Positions 30,448 through 38,716 of a stretch of DNA of 64,000 nucleotides are shown in pieces (within the stretch, counting starts at the first letter, position 1; every line of letters begins with the position of its first letter). Position numbers and translations under genes: made by a program. The stretch lies in the NCBI GenBank assembly GCA_965226375.1, contig CBDDCX010000006.1, positions 608,001 to 672,000 on the forward strand. The letters run 5' to 3'. Source of the DNA: Longimicrobiales bacterium (GTDB lineage Bacteria > Gemmatimonadota > Gemmatimonadetes > Longimicrobiales > Gaopeijiaceae). Below the pieces are notes generated by a model. That model ran no database searches, was not told the origin of the DNA, and worked only from the letters and a program-made list of their open reading frames with translations.

Positions 30448-31245
30448 ATGGGCAAACACTTCAAGCATCCCTTCGGCCAAGCGGTTCTGGTCTTGGCGCT
30501 GTCGTACATCGTGCTGGACTATGGCATCGTATATCTCCCACCCCTGGTCGGGATCGCCAGCGCCCCCATCCCGAACTCCGTCCTCTTCCAGTTCATGCTG
30601 ACGGCCGCCGTCGGCGTATTGCTCTGGGTGAGTGACAACGAGGAGCGTTGGACGGAGTTCAAGGCCCCGATACACCGGACAATGGTGGATCCGCAGAAGA
30701 AAACGGTACGGGGACTCTTCATGGTGGCCATCCCCCTTCTGGTGGCTTTCGGCACGTTCAACCGGGTCCGGCCGTCCGTGGCCGCGCCCATCAGCCTCAG
30801 GTCGGTCCATCCGGCTCCTCCCGGCCGGATCGACTTTCAGGGCACGGACATGGAGCTTGCCGGACTCGAGAACCCTTTGAGGTCGACGGGCTCTATGGAG
30901 GACCACTATGAAGAGGGCAAGAGGATCTACTATGAGAACTGCCTCGCTTGCCACGGCGACGGGCTGAACGGGCAGGGCCACTACGCGGCCGCGTTCACCC
31001 CGGCCCCCGCCAACTTCGAAGACATCGGCACCATCGCCCAGCTGACGGAAAGTTTCGTCTTCTGGAGGATCGCCAAGGGCGGCCCCGGCCTCCCGAATGA
31101 AGGCGCCCCCTGGAATTCGGCGATGCCGGCCTGGGAAGATTTTCTGACCGAGGACGAGATCTGGTCGGTGATCATCTTTTTGTATGAGCAGACGGGGCAT
31201 GAGCCTAGGACTTGGGAGGAAGCTGAAGAGGGGGAGGAGCACTGA
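30448..31245 (+). CDS. multi-TM monoheme cytochrome c
   Basis: About three hydrophobic segments, then CLACHG, FWRIAKGGPGLP, SAMPAW. Confidence 0.88.
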   Translation: MGKHFKHPFGQAVLVLALSYIVLDYGIVYLPPLVGIASAPIPNSVLFQFMLTAAVGVLLWVSDNEERWTEFKAPIHRTMVDPQKKTVRGLFMVAIPLLVAFGTFNRVRPSVAAPISLRSVHPAPPGRIDFQGTDMELAGLENPLRSTGSMEDHYEEGKRIYYENCLACHGDGLNGQGHYAAAFTPAPANFEDIGTIAQLTESFVFWRIAKGGPGLPNEGAPWNSAMPAWEDFLTEDEIWSVIIFLYEQTGHEPRTWEEAEEGEEH

Positions 31246-31307
31246 TGCGGGGCTTCGCGAAGGACATGGCAAGGAGCGTTTGTGTCGGATCCTCTTGCTT
31301 TGTGGGT

Positions 31308-31388
31308 AGGGGCCTTCGCGGGTTTCCCTCTCCACTCAAGCAATCTTCGATTGAACTTCGTTCCGAGGGAAACCTCGCGGCGGCCCCT
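31308..31388. repeat. intergenic long imperfect inverted repeat (REP/MITE-like)
   Basis: AGGGGCC..CGCG-GGTTTCCCTC ... GAGGGAAACC-t-CGCG..GGCCCCT. Confidence 0.6.
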
Positions 31389-31400
31389 GGAGCACGGCGG

Positions 31401-32999
31401 ATGACGGATCCGCTGAACATGCGGATCACCAAGGTGGTCGCGGGGGCATTCGCTCTCATCCTGGTTTTCTGGCTTGGGGCGGGAGGGTTGGAGGGACAGG
31501 AGGGCGGCGACCTCGGACAGGTCACTTATGAACAGTGGTGTGCGGGTTGCCACGGGTTGGACGGGACGGGGACGGGGGATGGGGCTTCGATCATGTTGCC
31601 TCGGCCTCGGGATTTCAGTCAGGCGCTGTACCAGATCCGGACTACGGCCAGTGGGGAGCTTCCGACGGACGATGACATTCTGAACGTTATCGATGTGGGA
31701 ATGCCGGGGACGACGATGCCGGGGTGGGAAGACCTGTTGTCGCGGGATGAGCGCGAGGCGCTGGTTCAATACCTCAAGACGTTTTCGCGGTTTTTCTCGC
31801 CCGACGAGGTGCCCGAGGCTCTCGACTTCGGCAGGCCGACCAGGGTGTCGGAGGAAGTGCTCGTGGAGGGAAGGGCCCAATACGACGCGATCGAGTGCTG
31901 GAAGTGTCATGGCGACCAGGGGCGCGGTGAGGGACAGTCCTCGCCCACGCTGGGTGACGACAACGGCTTCCCGGTCCGGGCGGCGGACCTGACCGAGAAC
32001 TGGTTGTTCAACGGCGGAGGCACGGTCGAAGACATCTATGCCCGTCTGCGTACGGGTCTCGATGGAACGCCCATGCCTAACTTCTCGGACCTGATCGACG
32101 CCGAGGTCATGACCGACGACCAGCTCTGGGCGCTCGCGCACTACGTGCGGAGCCTTTCCCCCGAGGAATCCCCCGGGATCGAAGAGGTGGTGAAGGCCGA
32201 GCTCCTTGAGGACGCCGCACTCCCTACGACCGTCGACGACCCGCTGTGGGACTCCGCCGAGGCGGCGTACATCCCGCTGGCGGGACAGATCATCGTGAAG
32301 CCCCGTTGGTTCGACCCGCGGGTCGACGGCGTGTGGGTCCAGGCCATCCACGACGGCCAGGACGTCGCCGTGCGAGTGCGCTGGAGCGACCCCAATCTGA
32401 GCCCGGATCCGGAGTGGGCCGACTGGAAGTCAGAGGTCGTCTCGTATATGGGCCCCGCAGAAGGTGACCCACCCGAAGCCGGGCCGACACCGGATCAACT
32501 CCTCATCCAGTTCCCCATGCAGATGCCTCAGGGGATGGAGCGACCGTACTTCATGAGGGGCGACAACCGTCGCCCGGTCTATCTCTGGCAGTGGCAGGGT
32601 GATCGCAGCACGGCCCTGGAGGGCGAGGCCAGAGGGATAGGCACCGAGACTTATCCGACGGACGGACAGGACCTCAGCTTGAACGCCTCTCACGTGGACG
32701 GCCAATGGCAGGTTATGTTCACCCGCTCTCTGGTCACCGCGGACGAGGCCGATCTGGACTTCGTCACGGGACAAGCCATACCGGTGGCGTTCTTCGCCTG
32801 GGATGGGGACAACGGAGAGTCGGGCACGCGAGGTGCCGTGAGTTCGTGGTATTTTCTGTTCCTCCAGGACGCCACGTCCAACACCGTGTACATTGCCCCG
32901 GTCCTGGCTATGATGCTCACGGCGGGTCTCGGTATTCTCGTGGTGGGGAGGGCTCAGAAGCGGGAGGAAGAGGGCGGGATTGTCGAAGAAACGGAATAA
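31401..32999 (+). CDS. diheme cytochrome c fused to an ethylbenzene dehydrogenase gamma/NxrC-like (DOMON-type heme) domain, C-terminal TM
   Basis: CAGCH, PRPRDF, GTTMP, CWKCH, GLDGTPMP; VQAIHDGQDVAVRVRWSD, IQFP, RPYFMRGD, WQVMFTRSL, AFFAWDG. Start 31401 has a GGAG RBS; track start is 31245. Confidence 0.85.
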   Translation: MTDPLNMRITKVVAGAFALILVFWLGAGGLEGQEGGDLGQVTYEQWCAGCHGLDGTGTGDGASIMLPRPRDFSQALYQIRTTASGELPTDDDILNVIDVGMPGTTMPGWEDLLSRDEREALVQYLKTFSRFFSPDEVPEALDFGRPTRVSEEVLVEGRAQYDAIECWKCHGDQGRGEGQSSPTLGDDNGFPVRAADLTENWLFNGGGTVEDIYARLRTGLDGTPMPNFSDLIDAEVMTDDQLWALAHYVRSLSPEESPGIEEVVKAELLEDAALPTTVDDPLWDSAEAAYIPLAGQIIVKPRWFDPRVDGVWVQAIHDGQDVAVRVRWSDPNLSPDPEWADWKSEVVSYMGPAEGDPPEAGPTPDQLLIQFPMQMPQGMERPYFMRGDNRRPVYLWQWQGDRSTALEGEARGIGTETYPTDGQDLSLNASHVDGQWQVMFTRSLVTADEADLDFVTGQAIPVAFFAWDGDNGESGTRGAVSSWYFLFLQDATSNTVYIAPVLAMMLTAGLGILVVGRAQKREEEGGIVEETE

Positions 33000-33037
33000 C
33001 GCTGAACTGAATCATTCACAGGTATTAGGAGGGCAGT

Positions 33038-33889
33038 ATGACGGATCGAACTGAACTGCGTAGGGTGTTCACGCCCGCGCTGGTGGCACTTTTTGCTATG
33101 GGCTGCGGTGGTGGTGACGGTGGCGGAAGCAGCTCCGGTGGCGACTCCGGCGGAGCCGCAGTCGAGAACCCGGTCGACGCGGCGACGGCGGGTAACATCG
33201 CCGGTTCCATCGTCTTCGAGGGCGACGCACCCGCGATGGCCACCATCGACATGAGCGACGAACAGGTGTGCGCGGACAAGCACTCGTCGACTCCCATGAT
33301 CGAAGAGGTCTCGGTGAGCGACGGCATGCTCGCCAACGTGTTCGTCTACGTTAAGGAGGGGCTGGAGAGCCTGCAGTTTCCGACCCCTGGCCCAGCGCTT
33401 CTCGACCAGGACGGTTGCACATACCTCCCGCACGTCCTCGGCGTCATGACGGACCAGGACATCACCATCCGTAACAGCGACGGCGTGCTGCACAACATCA
33501 ACGCCTCGCCGAGCGAGCAGCGTGGCTTCAACACCAGTCAGCCGATCAACATGGAGAGCACCCGGAGCTTCGGCACGGTCGAGATCATGGTTCCGGTGCG
33601 CTGTGACGTGCATGGCTGGATGACCGCCTACATCGGTGTGCTGCCTCACCCGTACCATTCGGTGTCCAGCTCCGACGGAAGCTTCGACCTGTCCACGCTC
33701 CCCCCGGGTGACTATGTGATCGAGGCATGGCACGAGCGCTACGGTGCTCAGACTCAGAACGTAACCGTGGCCACCGGCGAGACCGCCGAGGTCACGTTCA
33801 CTTTCAGCGCGTCCATGGCCGGTGCCGTAGTTCCGTTGGGTGAGCCCGTCGATCTTCACGACCACACGGCGGCTACCGACAGAGACTAG
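33038..33889 (+). CDS. lipoprotein with cupredoxin-like and carboxypeptidase-regulatory-like domains
   Basis: Lipobox LFAMGC; DQDGCTYLPHV, LHNI, CDVHGWM (type 1 Cu-like ligands), PPGDYVIEAWHE. Confidence 0.8.
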   Translation: MTDRTELRRVFTPALVALFAMGCGGGDGGGSSSGGDSGGAAVENPVDAATAGNIAGSIVFEGDAPAMATIDMSDEQVCADKHSSTPMIEEVSVSDGMLANVFVYVKEGLESLQFPTPGPALLDQDGCTYLPHVLGVMTDQDITIRNSDGVLHNINASPSEQRGFNTSQPINMESTRSFGTVEIMVPVRCDVHGWMTAYIGVLPHPYHSVSSSDGSFDLSTLPPGDYVIEAWHERYGAQTQNVTVATGETAEVTFTFSASMAGAVVPLGEPVDLHDHTAATDRD

Positions 33890-33980
33890 AACGCAGGGAG
33901 GGCCCGTCGGTTGAGTGCGGCCGGCGGGGCCGACCCGAAGTGTTGTTCCAATCGAGCTTCCGGCTCGGGAGAGGAATCAG

Positions 33981-34664
33981 ATGAACTTTTCCTGGCTCAT
34001 GCCAGAGACCGTGTCCACCTTTGGACCGGCCCTGGACGACCTCTACTACGTGATCCTGTGGATTACGGGCATCGTGTTCTTCATCACGGAGATCGTGTTG
34101 GTGGTCCTCCTGGTGAAGTACCGCTACAAGGAAGGTCGCAAGGCTGCATACATTCACGGCAGCAACAAGGCCGAGGTCGTTTGGACCATCACCCCGTTCG
34201 TCATCGTGATGGGGCTAGTCATCTATTCCAAAGGACTCTGGGACGAAATCCGGGATCCGGCGAACATTCCGCCCAACGCGTATGCGATCGACGTCACGGC
34301 AAAGCAGTACGAGTGGAACGCGACGTACCCGGGTGCGGATGGTCAGCTTGGCACCGCGGACGACTTCGTATCTCGAAACGCACTGCATATTCCGGTGGAT
34401 CGACCGGTGCGAGTCAACCTCCGCGCCGAAGACGTGCTCCACTCCTTCTTCCTTCCCGCGTTCCGGGTAAAGCAGGACGCGGTGCCCGGCATGATGACCC
34501 CGGTGTGGTTCGAGGCGACCCGGACGGGTGAGTTCACGCTCGCATGTGCGGAGCTGTGTGGACTGGGGCACTACCGAATGAAGGGCTCTGTCACGGTCCA
34601 TTCGCAGGCCGATTTCCAGTCCTGGCTCGACGGCCGGCAAGCCGACGAGGAGGACGACCGATGA
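33981..34664 (+). CDS. coxB: cytochrome c oxidase subunit II
   Basis: Two TMs, EVVWT, DVLHSF, KQDAVPG, CuA motif CAELCGLGHYRM; GAGG RBS. Confidence 0.96.
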   Translation: MNFSWLMPETVSTFGPALDDLYYVILWITGIVFFITEIVLVVLLVKYRYKEGRKAAYIHGSNKAEVVWTITPFVIVMGLVIYSKGLWDEIRDPANIPPNAYAIDVTAKQYEWNATYPGADGQLGTADDFVSRNALHIPVDRPVRVNLRAEDVLHSFFLPAFRVKQDAVPGMMTPVWFEATRTGEFTLACAELCGLGHYRMKGSVTVHSQADFQSWLDGRQADEEDDR

Positions 34665-36454
34665 GCACGACTACTGTAGCCGAGACGCACGCCGGCCAGG
34701 TAGAGGAGCACCACGACCTCGGCTTCATCCGGACTTATGTGTTCTCGACCGATCACAAAATGATCGCCCGGCAGTTCCTCTTCACCGCGTTGTTCTTCCT
34801 GCTGCTGGGAGGTATCCTGGCCGGAATGGTCCGCTGGCAACTCGGGTTCCCCGGCCAACCGATACCGCTAGGCAACCTCTTGCCGGACACCATGGCCCCG
34901 GGCGGGATCATCCTACCGGAGTTCTACAACTCGTTGGTGACGATGCACGCCACCTTCATGGTGTTCTTCGCACTCATGCCCATGCTGGCGGGCGTCTTCG
35001 GCAATCTGCTGATTCCCCTCCAGATCGGCGCGGACGACATGGCGTTCCCGCGCCTCAACATGGTTTCCTTCTGGGTCGTGCCGGTCGCTGGTACAGTCAT
35101 GCTGGCCAGCTTCTTCGTTGAGGGGGGAGCGGCTGGAGCCGGATGGACGTCCTACGCGCCCCTGAGCACGTCGGGTGAGTGGACCGGCGTCTATATGGGG
35201 CAGATACTCTGGCTCGTCAGCCTCATCATCGTGGGCTTCTCGTCCATCCTGGGTGCGGTCAACTACGTCTCGACGGTCATCAACATGCGGGCACCGGGCA
35301 TGACCTGGTTCCGGATTCCGCTTGCCACCTGGTCCCTCTTCGTCACTGCGTGGCTGCTCCTGCTGGCCGTGCCGATCCTTACGGGTGGGCTCATCCTGCT
35401 GCTCTTCGACCAGACTATCGGGACCGCCTTCTTCCGCCCCGAGGGGAGCGGCGAGCCGCTATTGTGGCAGCACATATTCTGGTTCTTCGGCCACCCGGAG
35501 GTTTACGTCCTGATCCTTCCGGCCATGGGGTTCGTCTCGGACATCATCGCCTGCAGGTCACGGAAGCCGATCTTCGGGTACCACGCGATGGTCATAGCCA
35601 TCGCCTCGATCGCGTTCCTGGGATGGATCGTGTGGGGTCACCACATGTTCCAGAGCGGCATGAACCCACTCCTGGGTATGACCTTCATGGTTACGACGGT
35701 GGTCATCGCTGTGCCGTCGGCCATCAAGACGTTCAACTGGCTGGGGACGTTATGGCGCGGCAACATCCATCTCGACACGCCGCTTCTGCACGCCGTCTCC
35801 TTCGTGGCGCTTTTCATCATCGGCGGCCTCTCGGGAATCTTCATGGCCGTGGCGCCCGTAGACATCTACATCCACGACACCTACTTCATCGTGGCGCACC
35901 TCCACTACGTACTGGTGGGCGGAACTCTGTTCGGGATCTTCGCCGGCATCACGTTCTGGTTCCCGAAGATGTTCGGGCGCTTGATGCACGAAGGCTGGGG
36001 CAAGGTGCACTGGGTCCTGTCGTTCATCTTCTACAACCTGACGTTCTGGCCCATGCACACCCTGGGTGTCCAGGGCATGATGCGGCGGATCTACGACCCC
36101 AACCAGTACGAGTTCCTTCAGTCGCTCCAACCGACGAACACGTTCATATCCATCAACATGTTCATCTTTGCGAGCGTGCAGGCGATCTTCGCATTCAACT
36201 TCATCTGGAGCCTGTTCAAGGGCAGGAAATCCGGCAACAACCCCTGGAAGTGCAGTACGCTCGAGTGGACCGTTCCCTCACCTCCGCCTCACGGAAACTT
36301 CCCGGAGATGCCCATCGTTTACCGGGGGCCTTACGAGTACAGCCACCCGGACCGCGAGGAGGACTTTTATCCACAAGACGTACCGCCACCCACGAGTGAG
36401 GCTGGTGGACAGCGTGTCGAAGCACCCACCGCCGAACCCGTGCCAGGAGACTGA
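34661..36454 (+). CDS. coxA: cytochrome c oxidase subunit I, A1 type
   Basis: STDHKMI, TMHAT, DMAFPRLN, WFFGHPEVY, VWGHHMF, HDTYFIVAHLHY, MRR. Confidence 0.97.
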   Translation: MSTTTVAETHAGQVEEHHDLGFIRTYVFSTDHKMIARQFLFTALFFLLLGGILAGMVRWQLGFPGQPIPLGNLLPDTMAPGGIILPEFYNSLVTMHATFMVFFALMPMLAGVFGNLLIPLQIGADDMAFPRLNMVSFWVVPVAGTVMLASFFVEGGAAGAGWTSYAPLSTSGEWTGVYMGQILWLVSLIIVGFSSILGAVNYVSTVINMRAPGMTWFRIPLATWSLFVTAWLLLLAVPILTGGLILLLFDQTIGTAFFRPEGSGEPLLWQHIFWFFGHPEVYVLILPAMGFVSDIIACRSRKPIFGYHAMVIAIASIAFLGWIVWGHHMFQSGMNPLLGMTFMVTTVVIAVPSAIKTFNWLGTLWRGNIHLDTPLLHAVSFVALFIIGGLSGIFMAVAPVDIYIHDTYFIVAHLHYVLVGGTLFGIFAGITFWFPKMFGRLMHEGWGKVHWVLSFIFYNLTFWPMHTLGVQGMMRRIYDPNQYEFLQSLQPTNTFISINMFIFASVQAIFAFNFIWSLFKGRKSGNNPWKCSTLEWTVPSPPPHGNFPEMPIVYRGPYEYSHPDREEDFYPQDVPPPTSEAGGQRVEAPTAEPVPGD

Positions 36455-36457
36455 TCT

Positions 36458-37114
36458 ATGAGCCACGCTGCAACCGCGACGATGGACCGTAGGCCCATGC
36501 CCGGCATGAAGGTCTACAACAACAAGCTGGGCATGTGGGTGTTCCTCCTCAGCGAGGTGATGTTCTTCACCTCGCTGATCGGCTCGTACGTGATACTCCG
36601 CTTCGCACACCCGGACCATTGGACGAACCCGGGCGTAGTCTTGAACGTCCCGCTCACGGCCATGAACACGTTCTTTCTGATCTGCTCTTCAGTGACGATG
36701 GTGAAAGCGTTCGCGGCCGTCGAACACGGAGATCAAAAGGGCCTCAAGCTCTGGCTCCTGGCCACGATCCTTATCGGAGCGTCCTTCGTGGGTATTCAGG
36801 TCGTCGAGTACATCGCCCTGTCCGGCGAGGGATTCCTTCCCGCACTCGATGCGTACCACGCCGTGGGGCGTGGCAATCCCCACGATGGCCCGGCACTCGG
36901 TGGCCCGCTGTACGGGGCGACCTTCTACGCCATGACAGGCTTTCACGGTGCACACGTCTCCATTGGTGTGCTCGCCCTGATTTTCGTATATGTCAAAGCA
37001 CTCCGTGGAGGATACACCACGGAGGACCACCAGGGCGTCGAGGTCATAGGCCTGTATTGGCACTTCGTAGACCTGGTGTGGATCATTCTCTTCACCATCG
37101 TCTACCTGATTTGA
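36458..37114 (+). CDS. coxC: cytochrome c oxidase subunit III
   Basis: GMWVFLLSEVMFF, TGFHGAHV, LYWHFVDLVW. Confidence 0.95.
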   Translation: MSHAATATMDRRPMPGMKVYNNKLGMWVFLLSEVMFFTSLIGSYVILRFAHPDHWTNPGVVLNVPLTAMNTFFLICSSVTMVKAFAAVEHGDQKGLKLWLLATILIGASFVGIQVVEYIALSGEGFLPALDAYHAVGRGNPHDGPALGGPLYGATFYAMTGFHGAHVSIGVLALIFVYVKALRGGYTTEDHQGVEVIGLYWHFVDLVWIILFTIVYLI

Positions 37115-37127
37115 GCGAGGAGGAGTA

Positions 37128-37394
37128 ATGGAAGAGCATGCTGAGCAGCCCCGTTATGTCCTGATCTGGTTCGTCCTTCTCGTGCTGACGTTGGGCGAGG
37201 TGGGGTACGCCTTCTTGGATCTCCCGAAGGTTTGGCTAGCCACGGGATTGATCATCATGGCCCTTTACAAGGCCCTGTTGGTGGCGATGTACTACATGCA
37301 TCTCCGCTATGAGCCCCGACGACTTTGGGTGTTGGCCGCATCACCGCTTCCACTTGTGCTGATCCTGATCCTCGCGGTCATTACGGAGTTCTAA
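37128..37394 (+). CDS. cytochrome c oxidase subunit IV family protein
   Basis: Three TMs, KALLVAMYYMHLRYE. Confidence 0.88.
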   Translation: MEEHAEQPRYVLIWFVLLVLTLGEVGYAFLDLPKVWLATGLIIMALYKALLVAMYYMHLRYEPRRLWVLAASPLPLVLILILAVITEF

Positions 37395-37454
37395 GAAGAG
37401 TGTCCGCCTCTACCATGGTCATGCCCCAACCCGTGCCCGAGGGAGGGCGGTAGT

Positions 37455-37613
37455 TTGGATAACGAGGGTCTGCGACTGGGACTATTCCTGGCTGGCCTCT
37501 TGATGGCGTCGGTCCCAGTTTCGTTGGGTGTTGCGTTCGGCGTCTTCCTCTTCAAGGAGTTCAAGAGGGATCGCATGCGGGATGAGGGAGGCCATCAGCA
37601 AAGGGAGGCATGA
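37455..37613 (+). CDS. small single-TM protein (52 aa), below the ORF-track cutoff
   Basis: GGAGGG RBS, TTG start, MDNEGLRLGLFLAGLLMASVPVSLGVAFGVFLFKEFKRDRMRDEGGHQQREA; stop overlaps the next ATG (ATGA). Confidence 0.65.
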   Translation: MDNEGLRLGLFLAGLLMASVPVSLGVAFGVFLFKEFKRDRMRDEGGHQQREA

Positions 37614-38575
37614 TGAGGCAACGTTTCCGCAGCGTGGTTCCTCGGGGTGTCATCGCCGGAGTTCTCGGCGCCACGGCACTGGCGTTTTGGTTTCTCATCA
37701 TCGACGGCTCACAGGGACAACCGTTCAGAACGCCGGGATTCCTGGCCGGCGCGCTGCTCGGCACCGGAGATATCAGCGGGGGCCTGGGCCCCGTCCTCCT
37801 GTACACGGTCATCCACTACACGGCTTTCATAAGCGTGGGGCTCCTGGTGTCGTGGGCACTATCGAAGATCTACACGGCGCCGAACGTGTTCCTTGGGCTG
37901 GTGCTCGGATTCGCCCTCTTCGACATCGTTTTCTACACGAGTGTCTCGGTCACAGGTGTAGATGTCATTGCGGAACTCGGCTGGCCGGCAGTGCTGGCCG
38001 GTAATCTCATCGCCGGCGTAGTTTTGATGGGGTTTCTCCACCTCACCGGCGCCACGCCCCCGGTGTCCTGGTGGTCGTTGCTGGGACAACATCGGATGAT
38101 CAAGGAGGGACTTGTCTCCGGACTGATCGGAGCCTGCGTCGTGGCTCTTTGGTTCCTGATCATCGATATGGGCCGCGGACAACCGTTCTTCACACCAGGG
38201 GCCCTGGGCTCGGCACTATTTCTCGGCTCTACCGATCTGGCCGCCGTCAACGTGTCGAGTGCCACCGTGCTGGGATATACGATCATTCACTTCGGCGCCT
38301 TCATCGCCACCGGATTCGTCGCGGCGGCAATTGCGTGTTACGCAGAGGACACACCTCCGCTGATCCTCGCCGGAGTAATGCTCTTCGTGGCCTTCGAGGC
38401 ATTCTTCATGGGACTTATGGCCCTGGCTGCCGAGTTCCTTCTCGGACCCCTGGCTTGGTGGGCGATCGCCGTGGGAAATCTGTTGGCCTCGGTTGCTATG
38501 GGCTGGTACCTGTGGGTCAAGCACCCGAAGCTGCAGCTCGTCCTTGCGGAGAACCCGCTCGATAAGACCGACTAA
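37610..38575 (+). CDS. internally duplicated integral membrane protein of unknown function
   Basis: Two homologous halves: WFLIIDGSQGQPFRTPGFL/WFLIIDMGRGQPFFTPGAL, YTVIHY/YTIIHF, AGNLIA/VGNLLA. Confidence 0.8.
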   Translation: MMRQRFRSVVPRGVIAGVLGATALAFWFLIIDGSQGQPFRTPGFLAGALLGTGDISGGLGPVLLYTVIHYTAFISVGLLVSWALSKIYTAPNVFLGLVLGFALFDIVFYTSVSVTGVDVIAELGWPAVLAGNLIAGVVLMGFLHLTGATPPVSWWSLLGQHRMIKEGLVSGLIGACVVALWFLIIDMGRGQPFFTPGALGSALFLGSTDLAAVNVSSATVLGYTIIHFGAFIATGFVAAAIACYAEDTPPLILAGVMLFVAFEAFFMGLMALAAEFLLGPLAWWAIAVGNLLASVAMGWYLWVKHPKLQLVLAENPLDKTD

Positions 38576-38607
38576 ACACTGCGGAACTGACCAAAGTCCG
38601 CTTGGAC

Positions 38608-38640
38608 AGACGCCCCGGGCCCTCGCCTGGGGCGTTTTCC
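38608..38640 (+). terminator. intrinsic terminator closing the respiratory cluster
   Basis: GACGCCCCGGGC-cctc-GCCTGGGGCGTT followed by TT. Confidence 0.75.
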
Positions 38641-38716
38641 GTCGGTTCCGGTCGGGTTACAATTCCGCCAAACGAACGCCAACGACAGCGCTCACTGAGA
38701 GCTTGCCGAGGATATC

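Noticed and set aside
27811..32999. Calling the organism a nitrite or manganese oxidiser
   Set aside because: No nxrAB or porin-multiheme conduit in the window; module similarity alone is insufficient.
36367..36375. DnaA-box 9-mer TTATCCACA inside coxA
   Set aside because: Isolated and within coding sequence; no oriC-like cluster.
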